Translations under genes and position numbers: made by a program
Notes under the pieces: model-generated
The model's input: the letters and a program-made list of their open reading frames with translations, nothing else
What the model was told of the DNA's origin: nothing
The model's database searches: none
In this document: piece after piece, positions 39,337-55,844 of the stretch
Layout: each line of letters starts with the position of its first letter
Position numbering within the stretch: position 1 is the stretch's first letter
Source: the human T2T-CHM13v2.0 reference genome, Homo sapiens
Strand: one strand, 5' to 3'
NCBI RefSeq assembly: GCF_009914755.1
Contig: NC_060944.1
Length of the DNA: 64,000 nucleotides

Positions 39337-40301
39337 AGAAACGTAGCAGGATTAGCCGCAGACAAAACTTCTCAGACACCGAGTTGTAGAAGGAAGGGCT
39401 TTATTCAGCTGGGAGCATCGGCAAGCTACTGCCTCAAAATCCGAGCTCCCCAAATGCACAATTTCTGTCCCTTTTAAGGGCTCACAGCACTAAAGATTTC
39501 ACATGAAAGGGTCGTGATTGATTTGAGCAAGCAGGGGGTACGTGACAGGGGCTGCATGCGCCGGTGGTCAGAGTGAAACAGAACAGGGCAGAGAGTTTCA
39601 CAATAGTCTTCTATACAATGTCTGGAATCTATGAATAACATCGGTTTCTAAGTTATGAGTTGATTTTTAACTACTGGGTTTAGGCCAGGCAGGCCCAGGC
39701 CTGGTTTCGGGGCTGGTGCCGGGCTGCCTGTCTTTGGTTTTACTTCCTTGTTTTTCTCTCAAAACAGGTACCGAGTATAAAACAATATAAAGCGATACGG
39801 GAGGGTCTCTCTCTTCCCTCAGAGCTGTTATCCCCCCAGTTCCCTTGTGCCCACATTACTCAAGTTTTTTATGCTCTGTTGATGGAAAAATGAAAGTGCA
39901 AGTAGTGTTTTCATTTTCTAGGAATCCTCACTATGGGAAATATTTGTATCTTAAAAGGAAATTAAATGTAGTTAACCCATACAGCCCAGAAATCATTGTA
40001 AAATTTGAAAATTTCCAGGTTGTGTCCTCTATCCATATCCTGTGCATTCATAAGCTAAGTAAGTATGCCAATTTTGCATCAGTTTCCAAAAAAAAGATTT
40101 TTTTCCTAAATTATCAGGATATTTCTCAGAAAATAATTGATATAAATCTGATGATTAGAAAAATTGTATCTTTGCCCTTTGGTTTCAAAACTGTTCTCTA
40201 TCTCTCCATGCATGATTAAAGCACGGTTTCTGAAGGTCAGGAATAAAGCTACGGTCGTGCATATCACATTTCTTTTATTTTTCAATCACTGTTTTGAACA
40301 G

Positions 40302-40376
40302 GACAAGAGAATGATTCAACGAAGAATGAAATAAAAATTGAAACAGAATCGCAGAGCTCATATATGGAAACAGAAG
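40302..40376 (+). CDS. MACROD2: MACROD2 internal coding exon, 75 nt, phase 1-1: (G)QENDSTKNEIKIETESQSSYMETE(E)
   Basis: Pyrimidine tract plus CAG acceptor ending 40301, GTACTG donor at 40377; in frame with both neighbouring exons. Confidence 0.93.
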
Positions 40377-40640
40377 GTACTGAAACCAAAATATATTGTT
40401 ATCAGAGAATGAGATGAAACTGTGAATCATGACTTCTATATATACCTGTGTGTGTGCGTGGTGTGTGTGTGTGTTTTAGGCAATGATTACTGGAGGATAG
40501 CAATAGTGTTCAACTTGGTGTACCTATTGAAACTTGAAGGGGGAAAAAAGAACTCTAACTTTCTATACCATAGTCACAGTATTCTCTCAATGATTCCAAC
40601 TAAAACAACCCTGAGTGTCCATCTGTCTCATTCTATTTAG

Positions 40641-40733
40641 AACTTTCATCAAACCAAGAAGATGCCGTGATTGTGGAGCAACCAGAAGTGATTCCATTAA
40701 CAGAGGACCAAGAAGAAAAAGAAGGTGAAAAAG
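40641..40733 (+). CDS. MACROD2: MACROD2 internal coding exon, 93 nt, phase 1-1: (E)LSSNQEDAVIVEQPEVIPLTEDQEEKEGEK
   Basis: ttctatttAG acceptor ending 40640, GTAGGA donor at 40734; overlaps the supplied ORF 40667..40861 in the same frame. Confidence 0.93.
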
Positions 40734-42519
40734 GTAGGACTGCTCTTAAATTAACCCATCAAGAATGGAGAGTTTCTTTGGATTCCTGCCTAGAATTCAA
40801 CCATCAAAGTTATTCTCATGCAATTACAGTTTGTAAAGGGGGAAAACGAACATTTCCTTAACCCCAAATCTCCGTTTGAAAGTAGAGTAAAATCTAGAAG
40901 TAGCAAAAGAAAATACTCGGAAGACTTATAGCAATTACATATAGCATAAAGATGTTTTTGTTATTCATTTAGATTCAATTTAAATTTTTAAAATTACAGT
41001 ATTGAGAAAGCCTATAAGAAATCAAAACTATGGACTAGAGGGATAAAGTTCATACAAAATCTGAAATGGCTTTAGAGCAAATAGACTGGCCTTTTTGTAT
41101 TGATTTCATCTGTCTTCCTTAGTATAGTAGTGATGAAAGAAACAATTTATGTAAAATATGCATGTTATATGAACCTAAATTGCAATCTTGCTTGCTAATA
41201 TTAGGATGCAATCATATTGAATACTGTTTTAAAAAAAGTGAGCATTATAATGATTTCTGAAAACTCAAGAGGAATGAACACTCCTTAAATATTAAAGCAG
41301 CATTTGGGGCAAAAAGCCAATGTATTGGAGTGAAGATAGAAATATTTTTAAAAATGTGTTTAAAAAAACTATTCTGGTTAATTTAGTGTTAACTGAAGAA
41401 CTTAAAGAATTCAATTTTTAAATATAAAGCAATCTCTTAAAAGAAGCTAATAAAATAATTTTTGTTACAGTATATCATAAATCATACTGCTCTTAAATAA
41501 ATATGTATTTTCAAAGCAGTTGCAGAGTAATAACTTGACAGGCCTTGTTTATAGAACACAGTGATCAATTTTGTTTCCAAATTAAAACTCAGACATGATC
41601 TCAATTGTAAAATCAGGTCAATAGCAACTACAGCTTCCAAATTATGAACTCTTCTTGGCAGGGGCATTGACAGTTTAATTGCTAAACCATGTTAGAGATT
41701 TTGACACTTTTAAAATGTTGACTGCATTTACAGTACAATATTCTTCCATGTCTATGCCTCTAATAAGCTTTTCGCTATTGCAAATCCTAGTTCAGACTCA
41801 CGACTCCACATTCCTGTTAAGTCAAATAAAGGGTATATTCAAAGTTATTTCATGTCTAATATTGATAACTGAGAATTGAAACAACCCTTACTCAGAATCA
41901 GATATATGGTATTGCTCTCTTCAATTGTAGTTTAAAAATGTGAAATAGACAATGCTGTGCGTGTTAGCTTAATTTCTCTGTAGCAGAAATTGTTGGCTCT
42001 GTTTATTGCATTTCAAGAAATGCAAATGGTAAAGAGGAAAATCAAACAGCTGTACGTTTTCCTCTTTTGACTTGACCTATAAGAAAAAAGCTGGCATTCG
42101 GCACATTGACATGTTTCCCTTCTCCCAGAGCCTTCCCAAGCATTGAACACTACTCTGATGACTGAAGAATTAAATATCCACCTTTCCTCTCTTCCTTGTA
42201 AATATGCCAATCTTTTTCTGATAATGGTGGAATAGCATGTGGGAAAAAAGCAAGGTGAAATTCTGCTACTTGCTTTTAGCAACGATGAGGTTGAATTTCT
42301 TTATTAAAATTTGACTTTTCACTGTAAGATGACTAATGCTGGTAGTCTTGAATTAACCACATTTTCTCTTCCCATCTTTATCATAGATATTTCACTTGGT
42401 CCTGCCTTGAATATTTCTGGTGTTTAAATTTGAAATAATTTTAAGTGCATCACATTTGTCATCTTATACTTTGCATCCAAGTGAAAAGTACTCATAGGAA
42501 AAGGAGGCAATGTAGATTC

Positions 42520-42740
42520 ATGGTGCTCTGCAATAGCTCTGCTCCACCATTGACAAGCTGGGTGACTTTGGACAAGTTACTTAACCTATCTGCTTCAGGT
42601 TCTTCATCTGTAAGATGATGATGGCAAAAGTACCTGTCACATATAGTTATGGTGCAAATTTAATAAGTAAAACGTGCAAAGCAATTAAAACAATGCATGA
42701 CACATAGAATGCACTCCATAAGTATTTAGTATTTATCATA
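42520..42740 (+). mobile_element. MIR
   Basis: agctgggtgactttggacaagttacttaacc...ttcttcatctgtaagatg. Confidence 0.8.
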
Positions 42741-45700
42741 ATTTGATACATTGATGACAAAGTCAAGAAAATCCACATGTGATTTCCCCAAGTCCATTTA
42801 TCATTCTTCTTCACTATTTTGAATCTGTAGAAAGTCACATATTTTACATTATCCTTCAACAACAACAACTGGTTCTATCCATTTGGTTGGCAGCACCATC
42901 TCAGGCCAGCAGTTTTGATATGGTCTAAACTCTTTACATTGCTGCGTATTTTATTCTAAAGAGATAAAACAACTAATAGAAGGAAGCCAGGTGGAAGGCA
43001 TTTCTCTCCATTCATAAACACTTTCTTGTTTGTCAGTATCTCAATCTTCCATTTGAGAAATAAACACAACCATAACTTCTATTTTTTTAAAAAAGAAACC
43101 ATTGAGCTGTTGATAGATCCACAAAAGAAAAGTAGTAAATAAATTCAAAGTAGCAATTTTTTTTACTTTCTTTTTATTTAGTTATTAAAAAGTCTTGTTT
43201 GAAAACATTTCGAGGCTATAGCTCCAGATTTTGTATTCACAAAATAGTGTCTTAATGGAAAGTTGTACATATGTATTAGGAATTATCTGTAAACAAAACA
43301 AATGAGTATTTTATTACATTTGTAAAGATATTCTTTATAGCTTTAGAAGTATTCCTTCTCTTTTATTTTAAGACTCCTTTTAAGGAGGCAGAAAGTGATT
43401 CCTTTAAAAAAAAAAAATCCAGACCAGGAAAAATATATAACCTTTTTCTCTCTTTTTGTAGCATTTTATAAGATTAGAAAATGTAGATAATCTTCAGGAT
43501 ACATCTTCTATGGCTCCCAGGTATATGGGCACAGATGTTGCAACATTAAGTTTTGAAGTTAGTTCTATTAAAATATGGATTTTGAAAAGAAGGAAAAATA
43601 TTCAGCAGAAGTTCATGCTGATAAAATTACACAATAGCACGGTGGACATGTCCCTGGGAGACCTGAAATACAAAAATTTCAACAGGCAGAAAGTGAGGTT
43701 TCACATATGGCAGCTTTTCTGATATAGCCACGTTGCCTCTTCCTAAATGAGCCCAGTTTTATGATTTCCCAGCAGGACCTGCAACACATATGAAATCCAG
43801 TCGAATAACGTCATTTAGGTTAATAACCAAATAGGAAAGTAATATTATAGAAGATCTCCTCTGAAAAGGATCTCATGTTTTAGTATAAAATATAAAGTCA
43901 GCATTAAAACATCTTTCTTACATTTGTTATTTGGGCAAATTTAGAAATATTTGACATAAAATCTTAACTATATCAACATCAAGTTATTATTTCACAAAAT
44001 TTTCATATATGTTTTATTATGATATATATTGGATATTTTTTTCTCTAAGTGTTAAACAGAATGAATACATTTGGTCCCAATAATTTTTCATATCAATTAA
44101 TAAGTGTAGTGTGGAATAGTAATCCTTTGTCTGTTTACCTAAGATTGAGCAAAATGTTGACAGAGACTTAAAGTATACTATGGTTTAATGTTTTCTTAGA
44201 AAAAGATGCATATGGGCAGGCATGCAAGTAAAGAGTTAAGTGCAAGCCAGTGACAAGTGTAAAGTATCATGCCCTTAGGTTCATGTTTTGAACCAAGCAT
44301 GGTCTGACCAGCATGACCTTGAGACATAGTGTACAGACAGCCATGGCTTCTAGCCCTGCCTGTGTGATTCCTGGCAATCCTTAAACTTCGAAGAATCCCA
44401 GTCTCTAGGGTAATAATGAGGGGCATGAACTCAAAATTGCAATTATAAGGTTCTCCAGTTTTATAAATTTTCTTAGAAGGCCAACTCTGAAGAACCACAT
44501 TCTTGGTGAAACAAGAGCGATGGCATGGGAGCCAATGGTCAGCCATGCTGAAAGCTGAAATCATAGGTTTTCCTCAGTTTTAGTTATTGTACCCTATTGA
44601 TAAAAATATAGAGGTGCCCTAGGCCAGGCAAAAAAAATCAGCCAAATATATTAGGACTTACCAATGATTGGACAGCTAATTATTCCCTAAAGATACTTTA
44701 AAGGGGGAGGGGAATGCCTTTTACCTCAAGGTGGGTTTACACAGAAACTCTGCTCAGAACCAAGCTGGATTTCCATCACCATCTTTCTTAGTCCATGTGG
44801 GAAACATCTTTTTTTGCAACTCCTCTGGCTACGATTTCATCTTTTAGTGAACACATAGCAAGTGAGGGACTTTCTCTTCTGCTTCTACCAATCAAATCCA
44901 TTAGAGGTTTATCTCATCTACAAAGCACCCCTGTATAGCCCTTGGTGTTTTCCATTTCTCATAGGATTCTTACATCACTGGCAGAGCCCTTTCTTCTCTC
45001 CTTGAAAAGCAGAGCTTGCACTAGCAGTGTTGCCATACACAGAATACCTGTGTATTACACAATAGCACAGTGGACATGTCCCTGGGAATAGAATACCTAA
45101 CACTTGGGCCATCATATACAGACTGTGTTCTTGGCTATAAAGAATCATTGCTCAGGCATATTTTTGATTCATGCAAAATACTATATACACTTGCATGTTG
45201 AGTAACAAACTTACTGGAACATTCTACTTTCAGAAAGTCTTTGTATCTCTTTTCAAATGAAGTCAAGTTTAGTAATACTATATTATTCATATTAGCAGCA
45301 CAATCATTTAGTTTTCTAGGGCAGTTTTACCATTTGTTTTCTTCTTTTTTAATAATATTTTGAATCTGAAATTCAACAACCAAAATTATGTTTTAGGATA
45401 TCAGTTAAATTAAAAATGCTGGTCTCTGTTTGGGTTTTATGAATATTTTAGTATCTAATGAAATTCCTCATATTGGTTAAGTACCTTGAACATAAAAATT
45501 ATAAAGTTTTAAGCTAAATTGTTTAGGTTTTCTACATGTCTCTATGTATGCAATGTAAACATATAGAACCAGTTCATTCAAATTATGCTGCATAACTGAC
45601 CTATAATTTTAAAGTTAAAAAACATAGAAGAATAAAAGGTATATTCACTGCACTTTGTCTTGCACTTTGATTTCTTGCTACAATAATGATGTTGGTGTGG

Positions 45701-46802
45701 ATAGCATATATGCATGTGTATATGCGTAAAGTTAGATTATACGTGTATAAAGTTCACATGTATCTACCCAGTAAGAAAGTTATGCAGGCCTCTTGAGTTT
45801 GTTCAAATCCTCTAGCTTGCTGCAATCATCTTGTCTTTAAAGATTTAGAAAAAAATTGCCCTGAAACTCCATTTTTCATGTTAGGAGAAATCTATCATTC
45901 CTTCCAATATCTCTGAGAATTCTTTGGTGTCAGGTTTATTTCTTCTAATCTCAGGCTCCAAGCTCCTGCCTCTGGTTCTCACTTCAGCCTTTGCCATTCC
46001 TTTTTTCGTAAGCTGTCTCTAGTTCTCACTATGGCTCCCACTCAGACACCACCACCACCTCTCATCCCTTCACTCCGTGCAGTACCACAAACTCAAGGAT
46101 GTGTGTAGGTTTAAGTGAATGTTAGGGTCAATACTTGTAATTAACTTGTGCTTGCCCATCTGGGGAATTTTAAGAGACCATCTCTTCTAAGTCTCCAGCA
46201 TCCGGCTACATCCTGTATCGCCCTTTGTCTTCTTTGATTTCTTGCACTTCCTAACACTCCAGTTTCATTTACAGTTTAACTTTGTATCATGCCTGTGTCC
46301 TTCTGGTCTTGCCCTGAGGTGTATGATTCTACAACCATGTGGCTTATCAAACCACGTGGTTTATCAAAATAATTTGCAGAAACAAAAGATGACTCACATA
46401 AGTGGAATTCTGTCTTTAAATATTGAGCTTTTTACTCCTCTCTGCCGAATTAGAGTTCTACAACTCAACTCTCTGTGCATAAAGTACCTGAATTTTTTTC
46501 ACAACTAATAAAAAGATTAATGTGTACCTTCATCTAAACATAATATTGTTTTACATATATGATCCTGAAATACTTCAGAAAATTAACCTTCTCTAAAGAT
46601 AGTGAGTATAATTATTAACATTTGTTCCTTATATTTAACTTCCTTCCAAAGACATTATATAATGCTAAATTGAAATTTTCAGAAAGATAAAATTATGGCT
46701 GTCATACAACTATAAAATCAATACAAGTAAAATATTTTATTTAAATGATTAACTAGTAAGGGAATCATTAAGATGTTAAAACTGGTTCAAAGGAGAATTT
46801 GA

Positions 46803-46805
<3 letters not shown>

Positions 46806-46835
<30 letters not shown>
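46806..46835. repeat. (GT)15 microsatellite
   Basis: Read directly from the sequence. Confidence 0.95.
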
Positions 46836-46838
<3 letters not shown>

Positions 46839-46857
46839 AAATCCATCTATCATCTAT

Positions 46858-47190
46858 ACAGTGACATTTTAGTCAACAACAGATCGTATATGTCCCGGTG
46901 GTCCCATAAGATTATGATGCTACATTTTTACTGTACCTTTTCTATGTTTAGTTATGTTTTGACATACAAATACTTACCATTGTATTATAATTATCTACAG
47001 TCTTCAGCACAGTAACATGCTGTATGGGTTTATAACCTAAGAGCAATAGACTACACCATATAACCTTGGTATGTAGTAGGCTATACCATCGAGGTTTGTG
47101 TAAGTACACTCTATGATGTTTGCATCATGAAATCACCTAGCAACATATTTCTCAGAATGTATCTTCACCTTAAGCAATACATCACTGTAT
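46858..47190. mobile_element. Tigger3a/MER7-type DNA transposon
   Basis: ggtggtcccataagattat...gtagtaggctataccatc.aggtttgtgtaagtacactctatgatgtt. Confidence 0.82.
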
Positions 47191-48871
47191 ATTGATTAGG
47201 AATTATGGCTATATGGATATACACATGGATCCATAATACACACACATTCAGAAACACTGAATATATCCATACAATCACACACAATTCAGGAGCACTGAAA
47301 ATTTCCAAACTGGCTAATATCATACAGGACAATACAACATATCCTTTCCTTCTATCAGACAAAATTCGTTTTCACTGATATGAACAAATCTCATTTTCAT
47401 TACTACAAGTTTTCTACATGTTACCTTCTACCTGTACAGATGTGTAAAATAGTCTAGTGAATAGAAAGCTGGTCAAAGGAATACACCCTCATAGAACCAG
47501 ATAATCCCACAGAGGGATTATCTGGAGGGTGACACCCAACCTTCCACCCCAGTGACACCCAGGGATCTCTTTTATCCATTGTCAAGTCTTAGACAATTTT
47601 TCTTGACAGTATACTGAAGGCAAAACTGCCCTTTTTTTAACCTGTTTACCACCTCACTTATTTGTTATTGTTCACTATTTGATACATTTGATAGACAGTG
47701 ATAAAATACTAGGGTAGTATCAGAGTAGGGCAGTAGCTTCCAACTTCATCTGAGGTTGTAGTTTACTTGCTATTGTTTTATGGCAAGTACTGCTATTCTA
47801 CATTTTATATAGTTGTACACACACTGTAGATGAAGTTGTACTTCTAAGATGCCTCAGTTGTGAGATGTGCCATTATTTTACATATTATTAATAAATTTTC
47901 TAAAATCTGGCTTATTAAAGTAAGACACAATAATTTTGTATCATTTAGGATTTTTATTTTATGTGTTTAAAAAAACTCTTCGAACAAGATGTAGAACGTT
48001 TTCATATATCACTCTTGAGAATACATAAAAAGAAAATGTTAGGCTAAAGGAATTAGTTATGATACTGCTAAAACTTCATCAGGTTCAGGGTCCTACTTCT
48101 AAATCACTTTCAGTCAAAGTCATCAATATCTGTTTTTATTACACAATATTGTCCTCTGCCAATGTCTTTGATGGTTCAGAACTTAAGAGAATTCATAAAG
48201 AATTTAAAACTCATTGGCTTGTAAGTCTCTTAAGACTTAAGTCTGTCTTGCTATCATATAGAGAGTTAGCCTATTTTTTCTTTTTTGCTTCTACTTAGAG
48301 GCAGTTAAAACACTCCTGACTCACCACCTCCCTCCATATTTATTATTTTTCAGAGATTTTCACCTAAGTCATTGAAACTCATTCTGCAAGTTTGAGTACT
48401 TTTGGTTTTGATGCTAATGCATATATGGGTATGATAAATTGTATCATCGTGTCCTGACCAACAAAAATTTTGTAACAATTCACTGTTTCAAAGATGTTAA
48501 GATGTGAAAGCAGTGTACTTTATATTAGGAAATATAGTATTATTTATTTCACAGTGAAAACTACTACACTGAGACTAGAAAATGGAAACTTGATTACAAG
48601 TGATATAATTGAGTATATTTGATATACTCAATTGATATATAATTGAGTTATTTTTTTTCTACTAACTCTAATGACTAGCAGTGGGATCCTTACTAGCACA
48701 TCAGTGCACCCTACTGCACATTGTATAACTAAGAAAGTCATAAATGGTTTTATTCATACATTCCACAAATGCTTTTAATGCACATGTAATATGTGCCAGA
48801 AATTATATAGACACTATCACTGAAACTGAGGAAAACAGACAAAGCCACTGCTGGGCTCATCCCAAGCATAG

Positions 48872-49215
<344 letters not shown>

Positions 49216-49235
49216 TTTTTTTTTTTTTTTTTTTA

Positions 49236-53365
<4,130 letters not shown>

Positions 53366-55844
53366 AGCCCAAGCTGTCAATAAAAGCTAGAATGGTGGTG
53401 CAGAATTATTAAAGTAGAAGTGATAGGGTGAAAACCCAGGGTTAGAATGAGAGCATGCATAGCCTTTCTGGCCATGCCACGGAGTGTGGAGACTCACTGC
53501 CAACTAGAATGCAGACAAATGATTTGATTCATCATTGATTCCTTTGTTTTCCACGTCATTTTACAGACTAAAGTCAGTAAGAACCCAAAATTATTACAGT
53601 TATCGCACTCTGTCAGCCTTTGGTATTGAATTCATATGGGATTATATGAAATAAATAAAGTTTTCTTAGAACATGCAAAAAATCTAGAACATTTACTACC
53701 TGGCCCTTTATAGAAAAATACTGCTGAGCCCCAGTCTATTTATATAAAGCCCAATGTTACCCTGAATGTGAACTCCCTCATTTCATACAATAACTCTCAA
53801 ATTATGAATCTTTGTCAACACACACAGACATATACGCATCCACTTGAGATGTTTCCATGGAAACATGGATTTATTCTCACAATGCCATGCCCTTCTGTAA
53901 GCATAGTCTTTGCTGTGTTTGCATCCCTCCCCAACCTGATAGATTGGAAGAAAATGGTGCCCTCTGATGTCAGCCTCCCTTAAAGGGGCCCCAAGGTAGC
54001 ATGTCTTGGGCCTCAAGTATTTCAGGCCATAAGTAGAATGGAGTAATCCCTACAACCCTGTACTCAGAAGCCTATTACCTTACTTTGACTTGGCTTTATC
54101 TGGTCAGTCTCATTTTGTTTGGCTCTTTCTCTCTTAGAATAATAGTTTAAGTTTCCTTTAAGTACAGTTTTCTGCCACTGTACGTAGAGTTCATAAAGTA
54201 AAGAAGGTTCTACCTACTTTCCCGCGAACTGATCTTTGCCTTCTCTTAGTATACTACAAGTCAGACTTGCATTATGACTGTGAACTAAAGATCCTAATCA
54301 TAAACATTCAGACAGAAAGACCATTTCAGTGACAGAACAAGTGCAAGTCTAATCTATAATGTATGTGGAGTAGATAGTGATTGTAATAATATGGATGTTT
54401 ATGTATACATTTTTTGTAAAAACCAAAATATTGTCAACCCAAAATTTAATTTGTACATTTATACAGTGGTTGGAATAGAGGCTCAACATTTACATAAAAG
54501 GCTTTATTTTAGTAAACGAATGGCCACAAACTATTATGTCATAGGTTTTGGATGACATACTTACTGCATTTGGATTTAGACTCAACCACTTCACATCAGG
54601 TGCAAGAACTTCCAGATCCTACTGATTGTGCAAAAGATATATCCATTTTGATTTGGATTTCAAATGTAAGTGCTGCTTTTCTCTCTGCTTCAGAAGGAAA
54701 CTCAATTTCTTTTCATTGCTCTTTATACATCAGGTGCCTTCATTTCAGCACAGTATGTAAAAAGCAGGTGGTATAAGGAGTACTTTGAATGTTAATTATT
54801 TTTTTCATCGATTTCACCATGAGGATTTACCTTTCAATGTGTTTTTATAATCAAGATGGAAACAATTAGGGAACTTGCTGTTTGAATGTTTCACTACATT
54901 TATTTTATGACATCTGCTGCAATGATTAAGAAAAAAGAGAAAAAGGGAGGCAAGCATTTGAACAATAGCAAGGGGTTTGGATTGATTGTATGTGATTGCT
55001 TTATTTCATTGTGAAACTTCAAAGGAAATGTTGTCGAGATGAATCAGTCACGTTTCTAACCAATAATATCATCCCATTGTTTGAATTTACATTTTTTACA
55101 TAGAAGCACATGAGTTCATTTTTCAGAGATGTTGTCATAGTTTATTAGCCTTCATTTTAAATTGAACCTAATTTTATAAACTGCAGAGAAATGGGGAAAA
55201 AGGGAAAAATAGATATTTCTTCTGAAAGAAAAATTTCAAAGGAGAATTTTTTTTCCATTTGTCATATTTGGTTTGTTCCTCAAACTTTAAACATAATTTA
55301 CTTCATCTGTTCTTTTGTTTCATATACTTACAAACATAGTTCATAAAGTAAAAATATTCAGGATTAAGAGGTTCATTTTTTGTAACGTATTAAGATATGG
55401 TCATATAATTTCAATGTAAGAGAGTACTTTTCAAAATTAATATAGTCAATATTTTACACTTTGTTACATTACTCTTATTTTTCCATTAACAAAATATTAT
55501 AGGAAACCTTATGCAATGAGAAACTAAAACTTGCGTAACATCTAGTAATTAGATAGGATAAATACTAGACAAGATAAATATAGTTATATAATATAATGTG
55601 TCTTATATATATATATATACATGTGTGTATATACATAAATATGTATATTTCATATCTCCAAAGTCTACCTGTTTAAGAGATACTCAATAAGTAGATCTCA
55701 AAGTTATCTCTGACAATACAGGAACATATCCAGAAGATATCTTACTATTTTATCACCTATAGTAAGGAATAAAAATTTTAGTCCAGTCACCAAATAAAAT
55801 GTGGGGTTGAAGAGAACATTAAGGGTTACTGTTTTTAATTGCCT

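Larger units (their letters stand above)
33452..39821 (-). mobile_element. LTR2B/Harlequin (HERV-E-related) defective provirus, 6370 bp
   Basis: Two 480-bp LTRs (33452-33931, 39342-39821) with 18 mismatches by hand count; GAGC TSD at 33448-51 and 39822-25; tRNA-Glu PBS; PPT AAAAGGGGGAAA at 33932-43; gag, pol and env remnants. Confidence 0.93.

Noticed and set aside
39845-40219. 124-aa ORF just upstream of the 40302 exon
   Set aside because: TTG start, AT-rich intronic composition and no homology I can recognise.
43626-45087. 34-nt repeat pair as a CRISPR-like array or transposon ends
   Set aside because: Only two direct copies 1.4 kb apart in a mammalian intron, with no spacers or associated genes; a templated insertion explains it better.
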